From positions 496,001 to 560,000 of the forward strand of contig RSEE01000021.1 of assembly GCA_003971905.1 (NCBI GenBank): a DNA stretch of 64,000 nt, given 5' to 3'. The notes beneath the pieces were generated by a model. That model searched no databases. It worked only from the letters and a program-made list of their open reading frames with translations, and was not told the DNA's origin. Positions 35,310-48,970 of this stretch are shown piece by piece (within the stretch, counting starts at the first letter, position 1; the number at the start of each line of letters is the position of its first letter). The stretch is from Moniliella sp. 'wahieum'. Taxonomy: Eukaryota. Both the position numbers and the translations under genes were made by a program.

Positions 35310-38300
35310 TTGATGTTGCAGTAGTACTGAGTGAGTGCAGTGTTGAGACGTTGAGGTCTAATAAGCTTAAGAAGGCTACACACCTGAAGCCTGATGGAAG
35401 AGACCGGGGTTTGAACAATTAAAAAAACCGCAGTGTGTAACAGACTTCTCTCGGAAGGCAACAAACCTTATAGAAGAGAGAGTTATGACTACTAAGTGGT
35501 CCATGAAGCATGAAGCATTGGGCCCGTCCCAAAACATACGTTGCGCTCTCTGCTATTTGGGGGCACGATTTGGATGTTGAACATCTTGAAATGTATATTT
35601 GAGCAATGCAATATCGATGGTATATATGGTTAAGGTCTAAACCTTCTGTAACGGGAGTTACAGGCTTCCCAGGCGGAGACCTTCCCTGATGCCTATATAC
35701 CGGAGACAAGACTTGCGGAGAACTGAACGCTGTTTATATCCAAAGTCGAAAGAACACTGGCATAAACGTAGGAGGGTCACGAGTAGTGCTTGCTGTTCGT
35801 CCGAAGAACCTAGCCCCTGCAAAAGAGGTTGCATGTTAGGGGCTGTGCGAGAAAACGAGAAGCTCCGATGATGGGCGAGGGAGGGGAAGCGAACTAATCT
35901 AAAAGATGATTCTTCTAGAGTGGAGAGTGACTACAGAATAAGGGTGAAGGGGAAACAATGGCGGGCAGCTTAATAGGCCATGACAACTGGATCTAATAAC
36001 AAGCAGGTTTTATATAGAAGAGACGGGGAAAAGGAAAGACCAATAGGCCTATACAGCGAAAAGGGGAAACGATTCAGGAGGAAGGAGTGTTGATCAATCA
36101 CGAGAGGCACGAGGTGAGAGACGGGGCGAGGTTCAAGATGCAAAGCGGACCTGAGACGAGAAACGAGAGGCGATAAACCGAGTCGAAACCATGTGTAGTA
36201 GTGTTTTGGAGTTTAGACGAGCCCGAGCGCAGAAGAGATGATTGTTGTGGGTTTTGTAGTTAGGCCGAGAATCCGAGTCACGATAGCGAGCACAATGGCG
36301 AAAGATTGAGGACTCGAGAAGTGATCATAGGGAGAGAAGCCGAGAAGCAAGAGCGATCGTCGTCCCGTGACACCTTTTCCTAGCTCCATAATACCCGGAA
36401 GAGACAGGGTTTCGAACAAGCCAGAGTAAACACGTGGAGGCTTCGTCGTAAGAGCAAAGGACATGGTGCGAAGCGGAAGAGCAGGGAAAGTGTCTCGGGA
36501 TGAAAGATTGGTAATGGGAGCGAGATGCGCGAGGTCCGTGAGATACTCTATTATAGTATGACAGAGGACAACGAGCATATACCGTTATAATATACTGGGT
36601 CTGTTGAACTCCTCAAGTCCACCCGATACCTAGAAATAGAGTTCAAAAACTCATTGCAAGCATTGAAAGAGAGGTGACGACAGCTTCGGTATGATGCATG
36701 ATACTCAAAAGACTCAGAGATCGAGGGACGCGATGTGTATACGTGTGTGGTTGATCCATTCAGAGGCTATGCCAGTTAACTGGATTTAGTACACTTTTCG
36801 CTGCCATTTGTGTTTGCGATTAATTGAACGTAGTATGCCTCTTGAGAGTACCGACAACCAGGTTCAGACTTTCCCTAAAGTCCCCTTGTCATTGTGTGCG
36901 TGTCACGGTCGTTAGTTCCCAAAGCGCAAGTGCACATCTTGAGGGATGACCTCATGTAAGCAATGAGAATCCTCGCCTGCACCCGTTTTCAAGATATAAG
37001 CCTCACACAGGTACTCCAAGTACTTTTGTAAATACAGATGTATTCCATATTTAGTGTGCTCCCATATATCCCTAACGAACATAACTTGTTGCGACAATAA
37101 AGAAGGGGAAGTAAACATGGCGGGACCTATATACCCTAATGGCACCAACATACGACCGCCGGTGATGGAGGCAGGGACATTTGATTAATGTCACAGAGGA
37201 TGTGAAGATAGACTATTCCATACATACGTGTAGAGGAGAACAGAGACAGGATGAGAGGCGGGTGATGCCTTACGGAAGGTAAATATATACGCCCAGGAGA
37301 GACACGACTCAAAGGCGAGAGAACAAAGACCTCAGTCGAGACGAAAGGCAGCAGAATGGAGGAATTGTTCTTGAGACACAACAGAAAAGAGGGCATGGAT
37401 CAAAGCACGAAAACAGGGGAAGGACGAGAGACGCTCAACAGAAGGAAATTGTTGACGATGGGAGTGAAGTCTACCAAGGTACTATGATATGTGACAGCTG
37501 TCGGACGTGTAGATGATGGCTTCCCTAGACAGTCGCTTTTTGTGTTACGATGCCCGGACGGGGATACGCCACTGTACTACCCCCCCCCCCCCCCCCCTCC
37601 ACCCTCTCTGCGCGCCTTTTTGTGCTCCTGTGTTGCGGTCACATCTCCTGTCGTCCTCTCTGGACGAACGACAAACCGATTTCATACTCGATACTTCACT
37701 CGCTCTCATCCGTGTTTTCGTGATCCATCCCCTTAGCTCTCCTTGAGTCAGTAAGGGCTATCTGTGATTGTACGGCCATTTGATCACGGAGAATCTGGTC
37801 ATGGCTCAACGCAGCGCCCATATTCATCCAGAACGGTGAGAAAAGATGGCACTAAATTGCTTGTTATAAGTAGACGATCACATGAGAAATTTCCTAACGT
37901 TTTCCGGAAAACTATATTGAATACGTCTTTCCCCCCTTCCCTGGTGTGGCCGTCTTGAAACGGATAAAATCTTCGTCATCAAGAGCCTGCTATAAGAATA
38001 TAGAAGTTTGACACCTGGAAATAACTATGGCTCAAAAAAGTCTCTCTCTCTCTTTGACTGCTTTATGGTTAACCGGTACACTAGTATAATGCTCGTCCGT
38101 ATATTCACATCATTCGTGCGACATCCCACATAGGAACGAAGAAAAATGGAAGGAGAGCCGGAAAAGTTATATACTGAGTGCCCTACAGTTGTATGGCGAC
38201 GCCATTTGCATTCTCATTGGGCGAGGGCGAGCTGAGGGAACCCCGGACGAACGCGGACTTGGTGCAAGAAGCGTTTTCTATGGTATTTGTTCCGGCTTCA

Positions 38301-38547
38301 AAGGAAATTCAGATGTTCGGCGTTCTTTTCGTGGCTTTCTTCCCTCTTACAACGCTTTCATTTTATTTTGCTCTTTGACTTCCCCTTTTTCATCGGCTGT
38401 GCTAACGCTTATGACTTTTTGAGGTTCAGAAAAGCGCACCACGTCGCCTTCACGCTTTGTCTGAAGCAACTGATCCCGTAGACACACCCCGGCGGGCTCT
38501 TGAGTCGCCCCCTCTGTCATCTATCATCTGTGCTCTTCGGAATGTAG

Positions 38548-39230
38548 CTATATTGCATCCATATCATTGACAGAGCTGTGAAGGCTGGGACGGGGAAACG
38601 CTACGCCTAAACCGCGACCCGTTCATCTTGCGTGTGCTGCTTGGTAGCGCCAACCCCGCTTTAAGGAACGGAATCGCCAGGAGGTCAGGATGCCCGCCAT
38701 CCGTTCCCATACCCTAGGAAGCGCGTGTGAACATGGATGAACGTGGTAGACATTCGAGCGAGGAACCATTTCCATTGACAGTCAGTAGTCAAATCCTTCC
38801 AGTGCCCGAGCATCTTGCCCGCTGTCTTGGTACCGTAGTATCCTCATCGCGTCGTCCAAATCAGAGGGGGAAACGGCTCTTGAGTGCGTCCCTGGTGTAT
38901 TTGGCATTTTGTCGCATTCTGATTGCTCCCCAGCAGCTGAAGCAGGTCCTTCTCCCGGCGTTCCAACTATAACGGCGGCGTCGCGGTGCTCTCATCATCA
39001 TGCACCATCTTCCGGTACGCGCTGTGCGCCTACTCTTCCTGCGATCCCGTGTGGTGCGCAGCGTGTGGTCCACCTCCGTTCCTGATCCTCCGATTGTTCC
39101 AGGCCCCATTACGCGGTAGTCGGTGCGCAGTGCCCTCCCCCCGAGCCTCGACCCATCCTCTTCCTCCACAGGAGGTTCGTTGTGGACGTGGGTGTCGGGG
39201 ATGGCTATCATATATCACAGCATCACCGTG
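38548..39230 (-). mobile_element. 5'-truncated CRE-like element copy
   Basis: 3' terminus CTATATTGCATCCATATCATTGACAGAGC at 38548; translation RTDYRVMGPG..EVDHT..NAKY; homologous to 28810-29442. Confidence 0.8.
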
Positions 39231-39775
39231 TTCAACTGAACGTTCACCTTGAACGCACCTTGAAGCTCTTGAAGCTTGAGCGCGCTTGAACGTTCAACTG
39301 TGTAAACACTGCTGTCCGCATGCGGCATTGTCACATGTGATGTCACGTGGGCAACATGTGATGCATGAGTGCGGCACATCAACCCTAACGCCTAAGGCTA
39401 TCCCCTGTCTGGCGTTGGCCGGAATGCATCATGCATCATGCATCATTCATCACACGCCACTCGTCACGCGTCATGCATCATGTAACACGTCACTCCAGTC
39501 ACATGTCACAAGTGACTGATAGTGACTAACGACTGCGGCGACGATAATCTAATCGATAACCCGATTCATCGATAACATGGAGATAACAATACAGACCACT
39601 GCGCGTTACAAATATGCTACCCGCACGCTCAAGAACCTTATTGTTGCCGCGGCTCCTCTTGCTGGACGCCGTATTGAGGCGCCAGTTGAGCCCGTTGGAT
39701 GATGAGAAGGCCTTAGGCCTGCGACAAGGTCCGGAGGCCTGAGGGGGCCTAAGGCCTAAGGCCTAAGGCCTGAAA
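39230..39775. repeat. Dense heptamer palindrome arrays
   Basis: ACGT/AGCT block 39230-39300; TGCA/CGCG register 39425-39484; TCGA block 39550-39575; (GGCC-TAA)3GGCC-TGA 39746-39773. Confidence 0.88.
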
Positions 39776-40783
39776 AGGTAAATGAGGTGGGGGAACGAGC
39801 AATTCATGCCGTTCGTTCCTGACGGTGGAGCCCTGAGGGACAGGTGATAGTATCGTGGGTACTAGGGGATAGAAAAAGGTTTGATTAACGATGAGGTGGC
39901 GGAGGCTTGACAGGGGCAGAAGGGGTTTGTTGGTGATGGTGGAACGGGGGCGCGGGGGGAGGGGACAGAAGAGTGGAAGGCGGAGTTGTGGGATCTGCTG
40001 GTGCAGTGTTTTGACTCCAGCCGTTAGCCGCGAGATACAAGGCTCGATAAGGCCCAAGAGCTAAAGCGCTTCAGACGTGTGGACGTGATAATACAGAGAG
40101 AGGGCGAGCCGGTGAGTGAGCCCGGGGAGATAAAAGATATCTGGTTCGTGGACCCTGGCCATCGGCCAAACGGGAACAGGGCGGGGTAACTGCCATAGTG
40201 GCGCTGTGCTGATGCAGGAAACTGGACACTGGGTACTGCGGCCAGGCGCAGTTACCTTCGCATACTCTTCGAACGCAAAACCCGTGCTTCGGCACACTGC
40301 TGTTGTCCGCAGTCCTGTCCCCTGGCCTCACCTCAGCCTCAGGGCTGCTCCAAGCCCCAGACCACAAGCGCGTCACGCCCAGGCACAGGCCAGGCAGTTC
40401 AACGCTCTTGCAGCACCATGCATCATGCATCATGGTTCACGAGCGATGATCGTTGAGAGTATGTTGAACCCGGGTCTGTTTGAGCAGACCGCGCACACCA
40501 GGGAACACTGCCCCCGCTGTTGCGAGGGCCCCTCCAGTGCTACTGCGCCATTCACCATTCCGTATAGTATTTGTGCAAGCTTAAGCGCACTTACACTGAC
40601 CCCCGGCGTACGTCATGTTATTTTTGTGCAAAACCACCAGTGTTCGGCCCAGAGGCATTCTTACAGTAAGCGCAAGCCCGGGCACTCTTGGATACCCATA
40701 TCTCTCCAACTATAATAGGGCGGCCCACTCGGAGCAACATTCCGGTTGCATCCACCCACCTACCTTCCTGGCGCTTTTCTGCC

Positions 40784-42561
40784 ATGGCTCTCCAGTCCTC
40801 ATCCGCAGGCGACCCTGTGTACGACGACCGCAAGAAGTTTACAAGCAATGACGACCTGCCCACTACCCATGTTGTTGCTGCCAACGAGGATGTCATTCAA
40901 ACATCCGACGACGATGAATTGGCCGCACGCATGGGGCACCACAGCGAGTTTTCTCGCGAGTTCAAGAGCATGAGCACCATTTCCTTTGCCTTCTCCATCA
41001 TGTTCGTTCATTCTTTCTTGTTTAAGCACTCCCATGACTGACGACTATTGCATCTATCTTCAGGGGCCTCGTATCGTCCGTTGCGACAACCTTCAACTCG
41101 CCATATCAGTCTGGCGGGCCAACGGCTGTGGTCTGGGCTTGGTTCATGGGCTCCTGCTTCAACCTGGCCCTTGGATCTGCCATCGGTGAGCTTGTATCGG
41201 CCTACCCTTCGGCCGGGGGGCTCTATTCGGCTGCTGGTCTGTCGTCCCCCGTCGCTGGGCCCTCTTGTGGCCTGGGTTACGGGCTGGCTTAACTTTACCG
41301 GCCAGATTGCTGGTATTGCCGGAACGGCCTGGGGTCTGTCGTCCATGCTGTGGGCCTACGCTTATGTGGCCAATGGATACATCCCAGCCCCCAACAGCTA
41401 TGGCTCCAACACAGGTGCCTACGTGGGCCTCTACATTGCCATCATGGTTATTCACGGTGCGATCTGCTGCTTCCCAAACAAGTGGCTTGCTCGCTTCACA
41501 TCAAGCTATGTGTTTATCAACCTGGGTGCAACTGTCGTCACGGCCATTGTATGCCTCGCTCGTACACCCTCGCACGAGATGTTGAGCTCGCATGATGCTG
41601 TGGGCAACCTGCAAGACCTGACAGGCTGGGGATCAAAAGCAATGGGACTCTTTGTTGGCCTGCAGTCGGTTCAGTTTGTCATGACTGACTACGACGCAAG
41701 TGCCCACATGTCAGAGGACATTGCCCGTGCCTCTTTTGCTGCACCGGTAGCCATCTTTGTTGCTGTGATTGGCACCGGCTTGTTTGGCCTCTTCCTCAAC
41801 GTTGCCCTCGTCTACTCTTCGGGTGGAATGGACTTGAGTGATGTGTCCACTATGCCGGGCGAACTTATCTTTGCTCAGATTCTGCGGGTCCGGGCTACCA
41901 AGGTGGGCTTCCTTATCATCTGGCCTTTCATTATGGCTACAGCTTGGTTTGTCATCCAGACGGCCCTCCAAGCGAATGCTCGCTCCTTCTACGCATTCTC
42001 TCGTGACGGTGGCCTGCCCGACCGCAAGTTCTTTGCCAAGGTGAGCAAGAAGACCAAACAGACAGTCAATGCCGTCTGGCTCGTTGTCATCCTCTGTATC
42101 GCTCTTATTTTCCTTTCCTTTGCTTCGCGCGTAGCCGTGTCGGCCATCTTTTCCCTTTCGGCGGTGGGGATGGACACTTCCTACCTTATCCCTATCGTCT
42201 GTCGCCAATTTTCCAAAACCATCCTGACGTCCAATTCAAACCCGGGCCCTTTTACCTTGGCCAAGGCATTCTTTCCCGCGTGGTGAACGGCATTGCGATT
42301 GTATGGACCACGTTTGAAGTGACGGTTCTTTGTTTCCCTGTGATTCGGGACTACGACGCTTCCACCTTTAATTACTCTTGGGTTGTTGCCCTAGGTTATT
42401 TTGCTGGCCATGATTTGGTACGTTCCTATGCCTGGCGTACCTACCATGGACCCATTTCGTCCCTGCACAAGAGTCAACTGGACAAGCTTGGGATTGTGGA
42501 CCGCGAAAATGAGGCCTCGGTTGAGTCAGGGAGTCAACAAGAATCCCAGCTGGAAAAGTGA
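40784..42561 (+). CDS. APC-superfamily amino acid/polyamine permease (GABA/choline-permease-like)
   Basis: REFKSMSTISFAFSIM, WVTGWLN, TDYDASAHMSED, RSFYAFSRDGGLP, NAVWL; intron 41002-41063. Confidence 0.9.
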
Positions 42562-43299
42562 GGGCTGGTCATCGAAACTCTACGCCTGGTTCTGCGGGCA
42601 GGTGATGCGCTATACGTTTTTCTGTTGATATCCTTCTGTATCTGCATCACCACCCTTTTTCTTTGTCGCTGTCACGGCTCTGTCTCACGTTATTCTATCA
42701 TGCCACGAAGCGTAACAAGGAATATATATATCCTTCATCATCGAGGCGATCATCTAAACCTAGAGAGTTGTTGCAGTGAACGTTTTTGTTGCATGTGCTC
42801 ATCAATCCCAAGGACTCGATGGGCGTTGACGGTTCATGATAAACTGAAGTCAGTGACTGTCTTCTTGTAGTACCTTACTGGCGTGGGAGTGAGGTGTTTC
42901 CCAAAATGCCCACCCCCCACACTGGCAGTGCATTGAAGTTTTGCAAATGCTATATGTGGATTCAAACATGGGTGGCAGACCAAACTGTTGATCTGCGAGA
43001 GAAGCATATAACAGATTTTTTGCGTCCGAGACCTTCAGGAACGCAATCAAAGGGAAATGGAAGGCACACAGCCGAATAATGGAGATCATGGCATGCAGGT
43101 TGAGTGTACTGAGCCGTGGATGCTAAACGTCTCAGTATTAATGACCGAAGTGAATCAACAGTGGAAGAATCAAAATAACCGTAACTGGGAATACATTGTG
43201 CACACTGTGGGCGCACAAAAATTGTAGGGAAGTGAACCGGATATCGCACGCGGCGGCAAGTCCAGGGGATGATGCAGGAGTGTGAGAGAGTGCGTAGTA

Positions 43300-45067
43300 G
43301 TCTCTCCGTGGCGTTCCCATCCTTTGTTGGAGCGACAGAGGGTTATTACGCGTCAAGCTGAAGACGACTTTGATTCTGACATGGTTGAGCTGAGTTCGTT
43401 CTCTTTTTCTCTGCGGCGCGCGGCGGTACTGGTCAACATTGAACAACAAGGCCAGTATGAGCCCCAGCACGGCCATGCCTAAGCCAAAGTAGAGAGCTCC
43501 CCGAATGCCCAGCAGGCGATCGGCCTTAGTCACCCCTCCGTGGTTGACATGGGACTCCACCGTGCCCGCCAGGCCGAGGGCGATGGAGATGGAATAATTT
43601 ACCAGGGTGGTGACGAGACTTGCTGCCACTCCTTGGTGTTCCCTTGATACTGCTTGGGACAAAATGATTGTCGCAGCAGGGAAAGAACAATCCATCCCGA
43701 TCGGCTGGATGAGTACCGAGACAAAGGTAAGCCCCCAGTAAGATTGATGAGTGCCAGCGATGGATAGAGCAGCGTTCCCAGGCTGAAGGCACTCATGGAG
43801 ACGAGCATGACCCGATGGGGCCCGAGGTAGTGCAGCCCCAGTGGTGTGAGAATAGCGGCACACAAACCACTGATAGGAGCGGGGAGAAACATTACCCCGC
43901 TCATGATCATTGACACCCCTCTCATTGTTTGAAGGAACTGAACCAAGTAGTAGATCCAGATCCCGAATGCGGACCAGCCAGCAACAATACAGCCCAGCAC
44001 AAATCCCGTTTCGACGTTGAGCGCATGAAACGGGATCAGCGGGTGACTCGCCCACCGCATCTCCCACAAGCCAAACGCGGCGAGAAAGATGATGCCAATG
44101 ATGAGCAAAACATAGACGTAGGCCATCTGCCACCCCACCACAGGTGCTTGGTTAAACCCAAAGTTGACCAGCACCATTCCCGTTACACCCAACACACACC
44201 AGGAAGATCGAGCGCGTCAATGATCGACCTCCAGCTCATCGTCTCCGAAGGCGAACGGATCGAAGGAATGACCCAGAGAGCAAGGAGGGTGAGACCCGTG
44301 AGATACATTGCCATCACGTAAAAGGCCCAAGGCCACGACGCCAGCTGGGCGATGACACCAGAAAATAGGCCACCGAAGCAACCGCCCATGGGCGCAACCG
44401 CCCCAAAGAGGGATAAGAACAGTCGCAATTTCTTAACGTGTTGAGGAGCGCCGTATGTGGCACCCAAAATGGCCACACCGTTTGGAAGTAACATTGCTGG
44501 ACCGAACCCGGCTAGAACTCGGGCAAAGACATAAAGGATGTAGTTGGAGTAAACCGCTACACCGGCAACCAGGCTCCATAAGGCAAACCAGGCATAGCCA
44601 CTTATGATCATGGTGCGATACCCAAACAGGTCCCCCCAGCGGCCAAAGATAAGGATGAAGGTGCCGGAAGTAAGCGAGTAGCCAGCAATCAACCAGCTCT
44701 GCACCCCAGGGTTGGTCAATCCAAAACTCGCCGAGATGGCATGGAGGGGGAACAGGGACATGGTGAGGCCAATCTGGGTGGTGAGCTGGGCCATGACAAT
44801 GACCATGACAAACACGGCCTCGTGCAGGGGTGACATGGAGCTGGCCATATCGTCCTGTTCCTGTGAGAGTTGGTTGGCAAGCTGGTCGGCAGTCATGGGT
44901 GTATCCGGAGTGTCTTTTTCTCCAATGGCATGGTCAGGAGTGAAGAGAGAGGTATCCGAATGGTGGCGATGGAGCTTATCGGGCGGCACCGCTTCGTGGG
45001 GGGCAGAGGCGCCTAAGGAAGGGGCGGGATTGAGTGTGTCGAGGTCATCCGGGGTTTCAACGGCCAT
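43300..45067 (-). CDS. MFS drug:H+ antiporter, DHA2 (ATR1-like)
   Basis: SWLIAGYSLTSGTFILIFGRWGDLFG, ARVLAGFGPAMLLPN, GMDCSFPAATIILS, EHQGVAASLV; 3' end approximate. Confidence 0.9.
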
Positions 45068-45553
45068 GTTCGTCGCTTGTGGATGTGCAGTGAAGAAGGG
45101 GCGATGCCTGCAGGAGCAGGAGGGGCGTGGGCAGCAAAGGCAGCAAGGACAGCAAGGACAGCAAGCAGCAAGGCAGTTGCGGTTGGCTTCGGCGGGGGGG
45201 TGGAGTTAAATAGCCCGTCGAGCTTCAAGCTCCGGAAGGAGCTGGGTTTCCATCGAAACGGGCCGGTGGAAACTGGGTGTGTGACAGGCACGGGAGAGAC
45301 ACTGCGTGGGTGTGCACCTACAGCCGGGGCGTCGCACCTGCAATTTGAAAGTTGTCACATCCAACCCGGGCCGCAAATCGAGATGGGCCCGGTGGCAGTC
45401 GGTCTTACGTCCGGGTGAGTCCAGGCGCGGCCCGCCGCGGAAGCGCGGGCCATCACGTGACCATGCGCGTCGCCGCTGGCCAAGCGGTCAAACAAACCAA
45501 CACGGGGCCCAGTGGCAACCGCTCGTGTTTGCCCCATCTCAACCATCTGCACC

Positions 45554-48500
45554 ATGCCGCCAGCTCGTACCCGCAATGGGCGGACCAGTGGCGCCCAGTC
45601 GGACTCCGAGGTGCTCCACGCCTTGCCTCGCACCGTCGCCTCCGTCTTTGCCCAGGTCCAGCATTCTGTCGCTGTCCACCGCAAACACCAAGTCGCCCTC
45701 AGCGCCATCCACCAGCGCTGCGCCGAAATTCTTGGCAAACGCGCCGATGGCTCCCCACGTTTGGTGGGCGAGAAGGCGTTCATTGAGGCCTTTCTCGCTA
45801 GCATCAATCGCGTACTGGGCATCAAGCGCGGAGAGGCGGTGGCAGAGAGATGCATCCGCTTTGCTGCGTCCTACACTGTTTATGCACAGGAGGCCTTTCG
45901 CCCCTCTGCCGAAGTTGGAGACGACTACGACGAGACACCCGCCGAGCGTTTTTCAGAGAAGCTTCTCAAACACCTGCTCCGTGGATTCGGCGCCAAGGAT
46001 AAGAACGTACGCTTCCGCTGCGTTGAGCTCGTTGCTCTTCTCGTTATGGGTTTGGGCACGATCGACGACGACATGTTTGTTCTGCTCAAATCGCTTTTGA
46101 AGGAGCGAATCTTCGACAAGGAAGCACCTGTCCGTGTCACGCCGTCATTGCCCTCTCTACGCTTCAGGGTCCCCCCGATGACTCGGAAGCTGACGAGGAG
46201 GCTGATGAGATCCGCTCTACTCTTCTTTGGCTCCTTCGTCATGATCCCAGCGCGTACGTTGATCATTGAAAGGCACCTACTGTTTACTGACATCCTTTTC
46301 TTCTAGCGATGTACGTCGCACTGTCCTTTTCAACCTGGCCAAGACTCAGGAGAACCTCCCCTTCATCTTGGAGCGTATGCGTGATGTCGACACCCTCACT
46401 CGCCGCAGCATCTTTACGCCTCAACTCTCCGGCCTCCCTCCGGAAGCATGGGAGGGCGTGTCGTCCCACCCCCCTCCCAAAGGTCACCTCGTCTTTCAGG
46501 GGAGCCTAACCAACAAGGTCATAATGGATGGGCTCAAAGATCGGGAGCCATCCGTTCAGCTCGCCACGAAGCGCCTCTTGACCACTTGGCTCTCCGAGAG
46601 TAGTAATGACCTGGTCAAGTTTCTGGATCACTTTGACTTGCTCGCCGTCGAGACAAATGAAGAGGAAGCGGAAGAGGACGAAATGATGCAGCCCGATCCC
46701 ACCAAGAGCGGGATAGTGATTGCCGAGCAAGCGTTACTTGCAATGTTTGAGGCACAGCCAAGCCTGACTGAGCATGTTGCCCTTGTTGGCCAGGAGGCGG
46801 ATCAGAGTGACACGGTTTGGGCACAACTCACCCCAGCCAAAGCTCTGATGGCCAAGACAGCCCTGGATTTCTGGCGCACCCACAACCTGCTTTCCCAGTT
46901 CGAGAATGGCATGCCTGCCATGACGGCCCTTGCGTTCCGCATTCAAAAACACTTCAACGATATGTTGGATGCGGCGGAACAAGTCGTGCTGGCTGGAGAG
47001 GGGGGGGCGTCCGAGGCGACCCTAAGCCAGAAGCGCAAGGTTCAAGCGGCGCAGGAGATGATTGTGCACGTCCTCATGCAGATCCTGCTTAACGCCGACT
47101 ATGGAGACGAGATTGGCCGCCGCAAGGTCTTTGGTCTGGTGCGCGAGATGATGAGCGGGGAAAACGCTCTAACCCTTTCCGAGACGCTCTTGGCTGATTG
47201 TCTGGACCTTATGGCCAAGTTGGCGGATAGCCAAACCGATTTGCTTCGTCTTGTGGTCGAGATTACACAGCAACTCGAGGAAGAGGAGGACGAAGAGGAG
47301 GAGGCGGAGGTGGATAATGACTTGAGTCTTGCCCCTGCACAAGATCCAACACTTGACCAATCCGCCTCCCAAATTCAGCGGCCCAAGTCCCGTGCACCCA
47401 AAGCGGCTGATCCTTTGGCACTGCGTACTCGCACTATTTGCCGCCTGGTGGTGCGGCTCATGCTGGAGCGTGTTGATGGGGGACAGTCGATGAACAATGC
47501 ACTGAGTGGGCCACTGCAAGGCCTATTAAGTGGACTCATCGCCCCAGCTGTACGTTCGAAGGAACCCCTTCTTCGGTGGCATGGCCTACGTGCTCTAGGC
47601 CTGTGCTGTCTTCTCAATCGCACCATGGCCCTGGAGACGTTCCCTCTCTTTTTGGACCAAGTCAAGCGCGATGCTGGCGATGCGATCCGCGAGTGTGCCG
47701 TTTCGGTGGTGTTTGACGTGATTCTGGTGCATGGGCTTAGTTACTTGGCGAGCAAGTCTGTTGATGCCGCATCAGATCCCAACACAGCAACAGCGACACT
47801 AAAGGAAGCTTACCGGCAGATGTTTGACTTCCTCAAGGTACTTCTTGAGGACGACTCGTTGCGTGTGCAAGCCGCGGCCGCGCTAGGAATTGGCAAGCTC
47901 ATGCTGGCAGGGGTGTTGGACGTGGACCCGGCACTGGTGCAAGAGGCACTCAAGGCTATGGTACTCGTGTACATGTCTCCTGATACAGCGGACAACATTG
48001 ACATGCGCCAATGCCTGAGCTACTTTTTGCCGGCCTACTGCTACTCGTCGCGGTCGAATCAGCGGGCTCTCCATACGGCCTGGGTGGAGATTCTGAGCAA
48101 CCTGACCGAGGTCTATCGTGAAGACGAGCCAGATCCTGATGCCCCACCGATGTTGACTCCGCAGCAAATTGCACTGCAGCTGATCGATTGGATGGATGCT
48201 TCCAAGGCTGCCTATCCAGGCATCAAAGACGAGGCTCTCAACCTTGATATCTTGAGTGACATTCTGCGTGAAGTGCTGGTGGATAACCCGGTGAACGCAA
48301 GCTTTACCTATCCCTCCTCTCCAAGGTTCATCTTCCGAATCAACCTGATGAGGAGAGTGTGTATGCTGCCCTCACCTGGGCTGACTTGGTCGGTTCGTCC
48401 ACTGCTTGGCAGCTGGCTCTGCACCATGATCGCCCCCGTTCTGCCTCGATTTTCGAAGCAACCGCACAGAGAACTCGTTCGCTCGGATCCACACCACACT

Positions 48501-48835
48501 GCGTAAAAAGTACGAGGACCTGGTTGAGACGCTCGACTATCGCCGAGTATTTATCGGGAACGAGGAAGAGGAGGAGGTTCCCCCGGCCTATTCTGCTCTC
48601 CGGGACTTGCTTGTCCAGACAGGTGCGGACGCTGAAGACGTCATTGCGGCCTTGGAGAAGGAGAAGGAGGTTTCAGCCCCAGCGGGTACCACACGGGCGA
48701 AGAAGACTGCATCCAGTGCGTTAGCACCACGGGTGCCTTCTAGTCGAAGTGCTGCCAGTGGGAGAACCGTATCAGCCAGCTCGACGGCGAGGACAGTCTC
48801 AAGTGCCTCGTCTTCGGCGGCGAACAGAAGTGGAG

Positions 48836-48866
<31 letters not shown>

Positions 48867-48970
48867 TTGATGACGAGGAAGAAGAGGAGCTCGAGGAACA
48901 GACTCCCCCCGCCGCAAGCCATCCAGATCTGTATCTTCGCGTCACGCTCCTCCCAGGCACCGTCGGATGA
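45554..48970 (+). CDS. YCG1: Condensin non-SMC subunit CAP-G
   Basis: VFAQVQHSVAVHRKH, LLRGFGAKDKNVRFRC, DYGDEIGRRK, IGKLMLAG, RQCLSYFLPAYC, acidic C-terminus; intron 46254-46306. Confidence 0.93.

Noticed and set aside
5099..45067. ERG7 + oxidase + MFS pump as a secondary-metabolite cluster
   Set aside because: The genes are far apart and separated by housekeeping genes; ERG7 has lanosterol-type residues; no P450, PKS or NRPS is present.
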